Shown here piece by piece: positions 52,518 through 61,724 of a stretch of 64,000 bases of DNA. Below the pieces are notes generated by a model, which made no database searches, was not told where the DNA came from, and saw nothing but the letters and a program-made list of their open reading frames with translations. Made by a program: the position numbers and the translations under genes. The DNA comes from Gammaproteobacteria bacterium (GTDB lineage: Bacteria > Pseudomonadota > Gammaproteobacteria > Eutrophobiales > Eutrophobiaceae). Every line of letters starts with the position of its first letter. Positions within the stretch are counted from its first letter, which is position 1. The stretch covers positions 1,824,001-1,888,000 of the forward strand of contig OZ244905.1 in NCBI GenBank assembly GCA_965221695.1, written 5' to 3'.

Positions 52518-53282
52518 CTAGCGCGGCGGCATCCTGATCCCGCCATCGATACGGATGGTTGTCGCGTTAATGTAATCGTTTTCGATAATGAACAGCGCGA
52601 GGCGGGCAACTTCGTCGGGACTGCCCAGACGCTTCGGGTAAAGCACGGATTCTTCCAGGGACCGGCGTACCGGTTCGTCCAGTGCGTCAAATATCGGGGT
52701 ATGAATAAGCCCGGGGGCAATGGTATTCACCCGGATACCCAGGCCGGCCAAATCCCTGGCTACAGGAACCGTCATGCCGGTTATTCCACCTTTGCTGGCG
52801 CTGTAGGCTGCCTGGCCGACCTGCCCTTCAAACGCAGCGACGGACGCGGTGTTAACAATCACGCCCCGTCCCCCGTCTTCATCGACAGGTTCGTTTGCAG
52901 CCATTTGTTCGGCGGCGAGACGCAGAACGTTGAAGGTGCCGACCAGGTTGACCTGGATCACCTTGTTGTACAGTTCCAGCGAATGCGGGCCGCTTTTTCC
53001 GATGGTTTTCGCGGCCACAGCAATGCCGGCAAAATTGCAACAGATATGTATCGCCCCGAACTTTGCCACGGTAGCATCAATAGCGGCGCGCACTGCCTCC
53101 TCGTCTGCTACGTCCACATGCCGGTACAGGATTTGCTCGCTCCCGGTGAGAGCATCGTCCTGAATCGAATTCAAATCGAACACGGCAACCCTGGCGCCTG
53201 CGTCAACAAGCCGTTTTGCCGTCGCCAGACCAAGCCCCGACGCCCCGCCGGTCACCACTGCAATTTTGCCTGGAATATTCAT
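52518..53282 (-). CDS. SDR 3-hydroxyacyl-CoA dehydrogenase (HSD17B10-like)
   Basis: TGGASGLG, NTASVAAFEGQVGQAAYSASK, RIDGGIRM. Confidence 0.92.
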   Translation of the reverse strand: MNIPGKIAVVTGGASGLGLATAKRLVDAGARVAVFDLNSIQDDALTGSEQILYRHVDVADEEAVRAAIDATVAKFGAIHICCNFAGIAVAAKTIGKSGPHSLELYNKVIQVNLVGTFNVLRLAAEQMAANEPVDEDGGRGVIVNTASVAAFEGQVGQAAYSASKGGITGMTVPVARDLAGLGIRVNTIAPGLIHTPIFDALDEPVRRSLEESVLYPKRLGSPDEVARLALFIIENDYINATTIRIDGGIRMPPR

Positions 53283-53381
53283 CGAGCGCTCCTGCAACAA
53301 AGCGGATTTAGCGCGCCAAGCTTGGCGTCTCCTGTTTTTTTCATGGCGTCAAACTTCTCCTAGATGATGATATTGCGTTGG

Positions 53382-53657
53382 CTATATTGTCTGATCAGTA
53401 TAGTGACCGCCAATTGAAAAAATATAGATATAATCATCATCGAACTTGTAGATGATTCTGTCCTTTTGAGAGATCCGCCGTGACCAGTACCCGGAAAGAG
53501 CATGCTTCAGCCGTTCGGGTTTTCCAGAGCCTTCCTCTGGGTTGTCTCTTAATAACTCTTTGATTATCCGACAGAGTGTCTTGTGTAATTTCCTGTCCCT
53601 GTTCCGTATTTGCTCATAAACGATCCAGGTGTTCCCTTCAAAAATTAATGATCTCAT
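53382..53657 (-). CDS. yoeB: Txe/YoeB toxin
   Basis: GSGKPERLKH..WSRRI..DRIIY..GGHY. Confidence 0.92.
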   Translation of the reverse strand: MRSLIFEGNTWIVYEQIRNRDRKLHKTLCRIIKELLRDNPEEGSGKPERLKHALSGYWSRRISQKDRIIYKFDDDYIYIFSIGGHYTDQTI

Positions 53658-53910
53658 TTAACTCCTTGTTCGTCGGTTTATATCCTGACCGCGTTTTATG
53701 CGTTTGCAATGATTCTGCCATCTGTTTCATCAACTCGGAATTCTGCAACACATAAAGCGTTTCCTGTTCCCGCTCCCAATCTTCGGCGCTGATTACAACA
53801 AAATCGTCGCCTTTGCGTCTTGTTACTTTCAAGGGGTCATGGCGCGAGATCACCCGTTCGACGAAGTGGCGCAGATTATCTCTGAACTGATTGACGCTGA
53901 TGCTTTCCAT
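53638..53910 (-). CDS. yefM: YefM/Phd antitoxin
   Basis: FRDNL..VTRR..VVISAEDWEREQETLYVL. Confidence 0.9.
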   Translation of the reverse strand: MESISVNQFRDNLRHFVERVISRHDPLKVTRRKGDDFVVISAEDWEREQETLYVLQNSELMKQMAESLQTHKTRSGYKPTNKELNEIINF

Positions 53911-53922
53911 TTGTCTGAATAA

Positions 53923-53941
53923 TGTACGGAGTTTCCGTACA
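53923..53941. promoter_or_regulatory. YefM-type operator
   Basis: Palindrome TGTACGGAGTTTCCGTACA 12 bp upstream of the antitoxin ATG. Confidence 0.75.
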
Positions 53942-54083
53942 ACTATAAACAAGTCAGTGATAATATACAACACTTACACTACAACATGTTTGCCGGTAGT
54001 TTACAGCAGTCCGCACTGGCATACACAACGGGTTTCCTGTTTCTGTAGTAAACTATAAGCTGACGTATTGAGGAGAATACGAT

Positions 54084-54887
54084 ATGGCTTCGACCGCACA
54101 AGCGCTGGCTGATGAGCCGATCCTGCTGACCGGGATCACCCCTCCCGTCGCCACCCTGACCCTGAACCGGCCGCGCCAGTATAATGCCTTGTCCGATACG
54201 ATGCTGATCGCGCTGCAAGAGGCGCTGGATAAGATCGCCACAGATGAAACCGTGCGTGTGGTGATCATCGCGGCAAACGGAAAGGCATTTTGCGCAGGGC
54301 ATGACCTCAAGGAAATGCGTTCCAGCGAGGACCGGGCATTTCACCAGGCGCTATTCGACCGCTGCGGCACGATGATGCAGACCATCCACCACCTGCCGCA
54401 GCCTGTCATCGCCAGTGTACAAGGCATTGCCACCGCCGCCGGCTGCCAGCTTGTTGCGCAATGCGACCTGGCTATAGCCGCAGACACGGCCCGCTTTGCC
54501 GTATCCGGCATCAATGTGGGGTTGTTCTGTTCCACACCGGCAGTGCCTTTGAGCCGCAACATGCATCGCAAGCAGGCTATGCAGATGTTGCTGACCGGCG
54601 ATTTCATTGATGCGCAGACCGCAAGACAGTTCGGCCTGGTGAATGACGTCGTGCCCCCGGAAGAACTGGATGCCGTAGTGAAGTCCCTGGCGCAGAAAAT
54701 TGCCGGCAAATCGCCCTTGGCCATCAACCTGGGTAAGAAGATGTTTTACCAACAGGCAAGGATGGATATCAGCGCAGCCTACGATTTTGCCGGTGAGCGC
54801 ATGACCTGCAATATGGACAGCGAAGACGCCCGGGAGGGAATAGACGCGTTTATCGAAAAACGCAAGCCGGTTTGGCAAGGCAGGTGA
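54084..54887 (+). CDS. Enoyl-CoA hydratase/crotonase family protein
   Basis: AFCAGHDLKE, AAGCQLVAQCD, GLFCSTP, EGIDAF. Confidence 0.92.
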   Translation: MASTAQALADEPILLTGITPPVATLTLNRPRQYNALSDTMLIALQEALDKIATDETVRVVIIAANGKAFCAGHDLKEMRSSEDRAFHQALFDRCGTMMQTIHHLPQPVIASVQGIATAAGCQLVAQCDLAIAADTARFAVSGINVGLFCSTPAVPLSRNMHRKQAMQMLLTGDFIDAQTARQFGLVNDVVPPEELDAVVKSLAQKIAGKSPLAINLGKKMFYQQARMDISAAYDFAGERMTCNMDSEDAREGIDAFIEKRKPVWQGR

Positions 54888-54969
54888 TTTGCGCTTAGCT
54901 GGTTCACTGCAATTGGACTGACGCCATCCAGCTTGCAAGCGGAGAAATCCGAGACCAGCAGAGGTTCCA

Positions 54970-56013
54970 ATTTACGCAACCAATACATCGAGTTACGGCA
55001 GCACCGTAGTCAGCATTTTCCAGGCCATTGAATCCTATGGTGTGGATGGGCACGCGGTGCTGAGTGATGCCGGCCTGGACCTGAGCCAGGTGAGCCAGCC
55101 CTTGTACCGGGTTCCCGGCGAAACGCTTGCCCGGCTGGTAGCGACCGCCGAAGCAGTTACCGGCGACCCCTGTTTCTGTTTCAGGGTCGCCAGTTATATT
55201 CATCCGACCACATACGGCGCGCTGGGCTTTGCTCTGTATTCGAGCAATAATGTGCGCGCCTTTTGCCACCGGTTGTCCCGGTTTCATTCGTTCATCACCA
55301 CGAATCACGATTGCATTTTCGATGAGACGGACAAGCAGTCAAAGCTGCTGATCAAGCCGGCTGATACTGGGATAGAGCAACATGTGTACCGCTCCCTTGT
55401 GTCCGGCTACATGGCGGTAATGGTCAGGTTCCTGCGAGAGGTCAGCAGCCCGGACTTTCACCCTGTCAGGGTGGACATTGCCTGTGATGCGCCGCCAGGT
55501 TGTGAACAGGTTTACCGGGATTACTTCCGATCAAACGTGGTATTTTCAACCGGGGAATATGCGCTGTTGTTCAACCCGGACGAGATCGACAAGCCGTTTC
55601 CTGCGGCAAACGTAGAGCTGGCGCAACTAAATGACCAGATCATGATGAAAATGCTGGCTGACACCGTGAAGGGTGACCTGGTGATGCAGGTCAGAGCCAA
55701 GCTGGTGGAATTACTGCCTTCGGGAGAGTGCGGAAAAGAGGACGTCGCCAGGGAGTTGTACATGAGCGTGCGCACATTGCATAATAAACTGGAGCGGTTG
55801 GGTTCCAGTTATCAACATGTTCTGGATGACACCCGACGGGAACTGGCAGAGCAATACATGCAACAGCAACAGCGTTCCATCAGTGAAGTGGCTTATTTGC
55901 TGGGATTTTCCGATTGCAGCAATTTTTCCCGTGCGTTCAAACGCTGGACCGGCCAGTCACCAAGCCAGTTCCGATCCGGAAAAATTGCGGATTCATTCGG
56001 TCAGGAAACCTGA
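54970..56013 (+). CDS. AraC family regulator (OruR/ArgR type)
   Basis: GALGFA, MSVRTL, ISEVAYLLGFSDCSNFSRAFKRWTG; start uncertain (ATT 54970 or GTG 55042). Confidence 0.88.
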   Translation: MYATNTSSYGSTVVSIFQAIESYGVDGHAVLSDAGLDLSQVSQPLYRVPGETLARLVATAEAVTGDPCFCFRVASYIHPTTYGALGFALYSSNNVRAFCHRLSRFHSFITTNHDCIFDETDKQSKLLIKPADTGIEQHVYRSLVSGYMAVMVRFLREVSSPDFHPVRVDIACDAPPGCEQVYRDYFRSNVVFSTGEYALLFNPDEIDKPFPAANVELAQLNDQIMMKMLADTVKGDLVMQVRAKLVELLPSGECGKEDVARELYMSVRTLHNKLERLGSSYQHVLDDTRRELAEQYMQQQQRSISEVAYLLGFSDCSNFSRAFKRWTGQSPSQFRSGKIADSFGQET

Positions 56014-56019
56014 TTAAGT
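56004..56019 (+). repeat. Degenerate MITE left end overlapping the araC stop codon
   Basis: GGAAACCTGATTAAGT versus GGAAACTCTGATTAAGT. Confidence 0.5.
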
Positions 56020-56045
56020 TGAAAGAGCGCTAGGAGGATAGACAA

Positions 56046-57410
56046 TTGCCTGTTTCGAAATATTCACTCAACCTGGTCCGACTTGCGGCAATAGTCCTGT
56101 TGCTTTCTACAAATCAACTCCACGCCGACGAACCTACCGCACAGATTTACATTACCAATGTTCACATTTTTGACGGACATAATGAAGCGCTGCACAGGAA
56201 CAGGCATGTCCTTGTTGAAGGAAACCTGATCAAAGACATCTCGGCCGAGACCATCAATGACCTGGCATCCGATGCGATTGTCATCGACGGCGGAGGCCGA
56301 ATTATGGTCCCCGGGCTGATTGACACACATTCCCATCTGTCTATCGTAGGTAGTCCGGGTGAAATGCGCGATTGGAGCTGGGAGCGGATTGGGGTGTTGA
56401 TGGGGAAACGGGCTGAGACGACGTTAATGTGGGGCTTTACTACCGTGCGCGACCTGGGCGGTCCGGTCATGGGCCTGAAGCAGAATATCGATGCCGGCCT
56501 GGTACCCGGCCCGCGTATCTTCCCCTCACTCGCGTTCATCACCCAGACCGGCGGCCACGGTGATTTTCGCGCCTGGACCGACCCGCACCCGCGCTGGTTT
56601 GATGAAACCGCAAACTGGGAACGACTAGGGTATTACCGCCTTGCCGACGGCGTCCCCGATGTGCTGGCTTCGGTCCGGGAGAACCTGTCCCGCGGGGCGA
56701 CCCAGATCAAGCTCATGGGCAGTGGCGGCGTCGGTTCCGAGTATGACCCGATAGACTCTGTCCAATACACCCTGGAAGAGCAACAGGCCGCGGTCCGGGC
56801 AGCGCAAGACTGGGATACATACGTGGGCGCGCACCTGCATAACGGTCCCGCAATCCTACGCGCGTTACAGGCAGGATTGAAGAGTATCGATCATGGTTTC
56901 GGCATTGATGAGGAAGGCATGAAACTGCTGGTCTCCAAGGGCGCGTTTCTGAATACGCATTTTGCCTGGAACCACCTGGTGTTGCAGGCTGACTTTCTCA
57001 ACGAATATCAACTGGCCAAGGCGCGGGAAGTCATTTCCTGGTCTGACAATATGGTCAGACTGGCAAAAAAACACAAGCCCAAGCTCACCTATTGTGTCGA
57101 TGCCTTCGGGGACGATGAACTGTTCAACGCCCTGTACGCGATGGAATTCAAGGCCAGGGCTGAGCATTTCAGCCCGCTGGAGATTCTCAGACAGGCCACT
57201 TCCGGCGCCGCGGAATTGCTGGAACTGAGCGGCCGGCGCAACCCTTACCTTCAGGGCAAACTGGGCGTGATCGAGGAAGGCGCTTACGCAGACCTGCTGC
57301 TGGTGGACGGCAACCCACTCACGGATATCACCCTGTTGTCCGAACCCGAGAAGCATCTCCGATTAATCATCAAGAATGGGAATATCCATAAAAATACCTT
57401 GCCTGATTAA
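56046..57410 (+). CDS. Exported amidohydrolase (prolidase-like metallo-dependent hydrolase)
   Basis: Signal peptide, PGLIDTHSH, GFTTVRD, QIKLM, SIDHG, ADLLLVDGNP; TTG start. Confidence 0.88.
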   Translation: MPVSKYSLNLVRLAAIVLLLSTNQLHADEPTAQIYITNVHIFDGHNEALHRNRHVLVEGNLIKDISAETINDLASDAIVIDGGGRIMVPGLIDTHSHLSIVGSPGEMRDWSWERIGVLMGKRAETTLMWGFTTVRDLGGPVMGLKQNIDAGLVPGPRIFPSLAFITQTGGHGDFRAWTDPHPRWFDETANWERLGYYRLADGVPDVLASVRENLSRGATQIKLMGSGGVGSEYDPIDSVQYTLEEQQAAVRAAQDWDTYVGAHLHNGPAILRALQAGLKSIDHGFGIDEEGMKLLVSKGAFLNTHFAWNHLVLQADFLNEYQLAKAREVISWSDNMVRLAKKHKPKLTYCVDAFGDDELFNALYAMEFKARAEHFSPLEILRQATSGAAELLELSGRRNPYLQGKLGVIEEGAYADLLLVDGNPLTDITLLSEPEKHLRLIIKNGNIHKNTLPD

Positions 57411-57715
57411 GCAGCTCTGGCTTTATCAATACGCGCGCGCCGCTTAGGGTCATTCAACGCTTTCCAAAGATCATTGCGTTGTTGCAGGTTCAGCCAGAAG
57501 CTCGCGCTATTGCCAAAAACAGCGCCGAGCATCAAGGCTGTATCAACGGTTACAGCACGACGATTGGTACATAGTTCATTGACCGTTTTGCGGCTAACTC
57601 CCATCGCCTCAGCCAACCTTCCTTGAGTGAGTTGCAGAGGTGTCAAAAACTCTTCAGTAATCATTTCGCCTACACTTACAGGTTGTCGTTTTGTGACATT
57701 CATGATCTGTCTCAT
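57407..57715 (-). CDS. higA: HigA antitoxin (Xre HTH)
   Basis: VGEMITEEFL..LTQGRLA..GVSRKTVNE..FWLNLQ. Confidence 0.92.
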   Translation of the reverse strand: MRQIMNVTKRQPVSVGEMITEEFLTPLQLTQGRLAEAMGVSRKTVNELCTNRRAVTVDTALMLGAVFGNSASFWLNLQQRNDLWKALNDPKRRARIDKARAA

Positions 57716-58008
57716 CGAGAATCGTGATTATCCAGGTAAATATTACGCGCTTCGCCCTGTTGCTCCGACCATATGAATATCAGCCGCCATTTTTTGTTGA
57801 TGCGAACTGAATGTTTTCCAGCCAAATTACCTTGAAGCTTTTCAAAATGATTGCTTGGAGGAGAACGCAAATCCTGGTCACATGTTGCATCATCAATCAA
57901 TTGCAGTTTTCGGAAGAGACGGTCCTCAAGCTGCGCGGGTATTTTCTTGCTGATCCTATCCGCAAGATAAAACTCACGAAGCCACCTGTCCCGAAAACTG
58001 TGAATCAA
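57712..58008 (-). CDS. higB: HigB/RelE-like toxin
   Basis: MIHSF, DLRSPPSNHFEKL..HSVRINKKWRLIF..YLDNH; toxin-first order. Confidence 0.92.
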   Translation of the reverse strand: MIHSFRDRWLREFYLADRISKKIPAQLEDRLFRKLQLIDDATCDQDLRSPPSNHFEKLQGNLAGKHSVRINKKWRLIFIWSEQQGEARNIYLDNHDSR

Positions 58009-58035
58009 AACTGTTCTCCCTTATCTGGGTATATT

Positions 58036-58052
58036 GTAACGTACATGGTTAC
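58036..58052. promoter_or_regulatory. Putative HigA operator
   Basis: GTAAC-N7-GTTAC upstream of higB. Confidence 0.55.
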
Positions 58053-58133
58053 TTCCAGCAAGTAAAAAATCCTGTATTTTGTATCATAATTACAGGTCAC
58101 TTTAAGATTGACCTGTAAAATTTACACAGTAAA

Positions 58134-58356
58134 GGAAACTCTGATTAAGTCAGAGGTTCCTGCGATACAGGGATGTATCGCCACAAATCCGCCTGGAGCG
58201 GATTTGGACATCCGAAGGATGCCCGAGGGGTGTGCGCCATGGACGGTGCACATCAAACTCGATGACGATAAGTCATTGAATTTGGGAGCAAAACAAAAAT
58301 CGCATTTTTGTTTTGCGTGCTCTGACAAGTCCAGGATGGACTTGTTCAGAGCTTCC
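58134..58356. mobile_element. 223-bp MITE with IS5-like ends and TAAA target duplication
   Basis: TAAA-GGAAACTCTGATTAAGTC...GACTTGTTCAGAGCTTCC-TAAA; no transposase; chain of internal hairpins. Confidence 0.85.
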
Positions 58357-58394
58357 TAAATATCATTCAACAGCTTTCTGTGTAAAATAATCAC

Positions 58395-59666
58395 ATGCCT
58401 GTACTATACAAACACTGGCCTAAGCGGTTTAACCTGGTAGGGCTTTGTTTTCTGGCGCTCGTTATCGCCTATACCGACCGGGTTAATATTTCCGTTGCGG
58501 CAATCCAGATGCAGGATGACCTGGGCTGGTCCGATGCGACCAAGGGGCTGGTGTTGTCGTCGTTTTTTATCGGTTATTTCTTCTTCCAGGTTCTTGGCGG
58601 TTGGCTGGCAAACCGCTACGGCGGAAAAATCGTACTGGGTATCGCGGTCATCCTGTGGTCCGGTTTCACCCTGTTGACGCCGCTGGCCGCCTTCACCGGC
58701 TCCCTGGTACTGTTGCTGGGCGCCAGAATCCTCCTGGGTGTCGGCGAAGCCTCGGTCGCGCCGGCGGTATTGAACCTATTCAGTCGCTGGGTACCACCCG
58801 ATGAAAGAGCCCGGGCAGTTGCTTTTTTTTCCAGTGGAGCAATCGTCGGTACTCTATTTACCCTTATGATCACCGGCTGGATTATCGTTGAGTTCGGCTG
58901 GCCGATGGCGTTCTACAGCTTTGCGGTACTGGGATTCATCTGGGCGATGTTCTGGTTCCGATACGTCAGTAACAGCCCGGGTGAGCATCCGGATATTACG
59001 GAAACAGAACTCAGGCTACTTGCCGAGGTCAGGCAGGATGACTCACGGAACAAGAACATTCCCTGGCGTGTCATCTTTTCCCACCGGGCGGCCTGGGCGC
59101 TGATCATTGCCAATTTCTGCACCAACTGGGGTTTGTATGTCGCCCTGGCCTGGTTACCCAGTTTTTTCTACGATACCCAGGGAATTTCCATAATAGGCTC
59201 AGGCTTGTATTCCATGGCGCCCTGGCTGTCCATGTTTTTCGCGATGAATATCGCCGGGTGGATTGCAGACCGGGCGCTTGCAAACGGGATGGACGCGACC
59301 CGGTTGCGCAAGATTGCCCAGACCATCGGACTGGTGGGGTCAGCCTTGTTCCTGGTTGCCGCAGGCGCCGCCGCCACACCCCTGATTGCGGTGTTGACCA
59401 TGTGCGGCGCGCTGGCCTGCCTGGGGGTGTGTTATTCAGGTTTTGCCCCGGCCGTGTTGGAAATGGCGCCCCGACACAGCGATATTTTGTGGAGTATCAG
59501 CAATACCTTCGGGACCATACCCGGTATCATCGGCGTGGCAGTGACCGGCTGGCTGGTAGGCGCCACCGGAACCTACCTTGCCGCATTTGCCCTGGCCGCC
59601 GCGGTGCACCTGGTCGGCGCCATAGCCTGGCTGTTATTTGGAACGGCAAAGGAAGTCATCGGGTAG
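58395..59666 (+). CDS. MFS transporter, anion:cation symporter (ACS) family
   Basis: YTDRVNISVA, GLVLSSFF.GY, GGWLANRYGGK, WLPSF, SNTFGTIPG. Confidence 0.9.
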   Translation: MPVLYKHWPKRFNLVGLCFLALVIAYTDRVNISVAAIQMQDDLGWSDATKGLVLSSFFIGYFFFQVLGGWLANRYGGKIVLGIAVILWSGFTLLTPLAAFTGSLVLLLGARILLGVGEASVAPAVLNLFSRWVPPDERARAVAFFSSGAIVGTLFTLMITGWIIVEFGWPMAFYSFAVLGFIWAMFWFRYVSNSPGEHPDITETELRLLAEVRQDDSRNKNIPWRVIFSHRAAWALIIANFCTNWGLYVALAWLPSFFYDTQGISIIGSGLYSMAPWLSMFFAMNIAGWIADRALANGMDATRLRKIAQTIGLVGSALFLVAAGAAATPLIAVLTMCGALACLGVCYSGFAPAVLEMAPRHSDILWSISNTFGTIPGIIGVAVTGWLVGATGTYLAAFALAAAVHLVGAIAWLLFGTAKEVIG

Positions 59667-59671
59667 CAATC

Positions 59672-61405
59672 ATGATGCAGGGTCGAACCATGAGACGTGG
59701 TGATGGGCGCGTGATGGTTTTTACTCTGTTCATGTTGCTCGCAGCATCGGGGAAGGCGTCGCCGGCAGTGACCCAGGTTGAGCAAAAGACAACGGTCTTC
59801 TTGGATGGCAACATACTGACCATGGTTGATGCGGCGCCGGTTGCCGAAGCCCTGGCGGTGCGGGACGGCAGGATACTGGCAGTAGGCACTCGTTCCGAAG
59901 TCGAAATCATCGCAGGCGCCGATGTTGAAATCAGACGCCTGGCCGGCAAAACCCTGTTGCCGGGATTTATCGACAGCCACGGCCATATCAGCGCAGTGAT
60001 GTCATTCATGGCATTCGTCAACATCGCCTCCCCGCCGGTAGGGGAAGTCGGAAACATCGCCGACATACAGCGCCTGCTGGCAGAACGGGCCGCAGGAACG
60101 CCAAAAGGCGAGTGGATCATGGCGGCTGGTTACGATGATTCGTTGCTGGCGGAACAGCGCCATCCAAACCGTGTCGACCTGGACCGGATTTCCACGGAAC
60201 ACCCCATCGTGGCCTGGCATGTCTCCGGGCACCTGATGGCATGTAACTCCATGTGCCTGAAACTGGCCGGCATCTCGGCAGAGACAGAAAATCCGCAGGG
60301 AGGCGTTATCCGGCGCCTGCAAGACAGCAATGAGCCTAACGGCGTACTGGAAGAAAGCCTGGTCTACCGGATCTATTTCGACTTGCTGCCGGTGCATGAT
60401 GTGGCAAAACGCCTGGAATTACTGGAGCGGGCGCAAGACTACTATGCCGGTTTCGGCATTACCACCTTGCAAGAGGGCGCAGCCTCTCCGGTGGATCTGC
60501 AGACCTTGCAGCAAGCTTCCGGGCAGGATCTGTTGAAGCTGGATGTAGTCGCTTATCCGTGGTACCTGCATGCTGCCGTGCTGGATGAACAGTTCCCCTA
60601 CTCGCAAAATTATTCGGGCCGATTTCGCGTCGGCGGCGTGAAACTGGGCCTGGACGGTTCCCCGCAGGGAAAAACGGCATGGCTTACCGAACCGTACCAT
60701 GTGCCGCCGGAGGGACGAACAGCGGATTACCGGGGTTATCCGATACTGAGTGATGAAGCAGTCAATGGCTACGTCAAGGACTTTTTCGGCAAGAGCGTGC
60801 CGGTGATAGCCCATGCCAATGGCGATGCGGCGGCGGACCAGTTAATTGCAGCGGTACGAAAAGCCAACGGGTTTCATGGAAAAGCGGACCATCGTACCGT
60901 CATGATTCATGCGCAGACCGCACGCGACGATCAAATCGATCAAATGAAAACGGAGGGCATCATGCCTTCTTACTTCGCCGCGCATACCTTTTTCTGGGGC
61001 GATTGGCATCGGGATTCGGTATTAGGGCCTGTGCGTGGCGCGCGCATCAGCCCTCTGGCCTCCACTCTTGCCCGGGGCGTGCCCTATAGCATACACAACG
61101 ATGCGCCGGTTGTGCCGCCGGATATGATGCGGCTCACCTGGTGCGCAGTGAACCGCCTGACCCGCAGCGGCCAAACCCTGGGCGACGCACAGAAAATATC
61201 AGTAGCCGATGCCTTGAAAGCGATCACCATTAACGGCGCGTACCAGTATTTTGAAGAACACAACAAGGGCAGCCTGGAGGCCGGGAAACTGGCCGACCTG
61301 GTCATCCTGTCGGACAATCCGCTGAAGGTCGATCCATTGACGATCAAGGATATTCAAGTAATGGAAACGATAAAAGAGGGCAAGACGGTTTACTTGAGCA
61401 AGTAG
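59672..61405 (+). CDS. Exported amidohydrolase 3 (YtcJ-like)
   Basis: PGFIDSHGH, SGH, GVKLGLDGSPQG, HANGD, IHAQ, KGSLEAGKLAD; start approximate. Confidence 0.88.
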   Translation: MMQGRTMRRGDGRVMVFTLFMLLAASGKASPAVTQVEQKTTVFLDGNILTMVDAAPVAEALAVRDGRILAVGTRSEVEIIAGADVEIRRLAGKTLLPGFIDSHGHISAVMSFMAFVNIASPPVGEVGNIADIQRLLAERAAGTPKGEWIMAAGYDDSLLAEQRHPNRVDLDRISTEHPIVAWHVSGHLMACNSMCLKLAGISAETENPQGGVIRRLQDSNEPNGVLEESLVYRIYFDLLPVHDVAKRLELLERAQDYYAGFGITTLQEGAASPVDLQTLQQASGQDLLKLDVVAYPWYLHAAVLDEQFPYSQNYSGRFRVGGVKLGLDGSPQGKTAWLTEPYHVPPEGRTADYRGYPILSDEAVNGYVKDFFGKSVPVIAHANGDAAADQLIAAVRKANGFHGKADHRTVMIHAQTARDDQIDQMKTEGIMPSYFAAHTFFWGDWHRDSVLGPVRGARISPLASTLARGVPYSIHNDAPVVPPDMMRLTWCAVNRLTRSGQTLGDAQKISVADALKAITINGAYQYFEEHNKGSLEAGKLADLVILSDNPLKVDPLTIKDIQVMETIKEGKTVYLSK

Positions 61406-61462
61406 TCCGGATTGAATGATAAGGTATGAATATAAACAAAAATGATATATTTTCCATAGCAT

Positions 61463-61702
61463 ATGAAAGCTGAAACAATTGATAAAACATTTGATAACAA
61501 TAAAGCCGATATTACTGAAAATTTGGATTTATCGACTATCAAACGACCGAATCAAACACTGAAACGGGTTAACGTTGATTTCCCCGCATGGATGATCGAT
61601 TCGCTTGACATGGAAGCCTCCCGTATCGGCGTAACGCGCCAGTCGATCATAAAAATCTGGCTGGCCGAACGTTTGCAACAGGCGGGCAGCAATTCCTGCT
61701 GA
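61463..61702 (+). CDS. BrnA/CopG-like RHH antitoxin (orphan)
   Basis: KRVNVDFPAWMIDSLD..GVTRQSIIKIWLAERL. Confidence 0.85.
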   Translation: MKAETIDKTFDNNKADITENLDLSTIKRPNQTLKRVNVDFPAWMIDSLDMEASRIGVTRQSIIKIWLAERLQQAGSNSC

Positions 61703-61724
61703 CTTGCTCTATGATATCGCGTTA

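Noticed and set aside
58108-58359. Small ORFs of 83 and 68 aa
   Set aside because: They lie within the hairpin-rich MITE and have no transposase motifs
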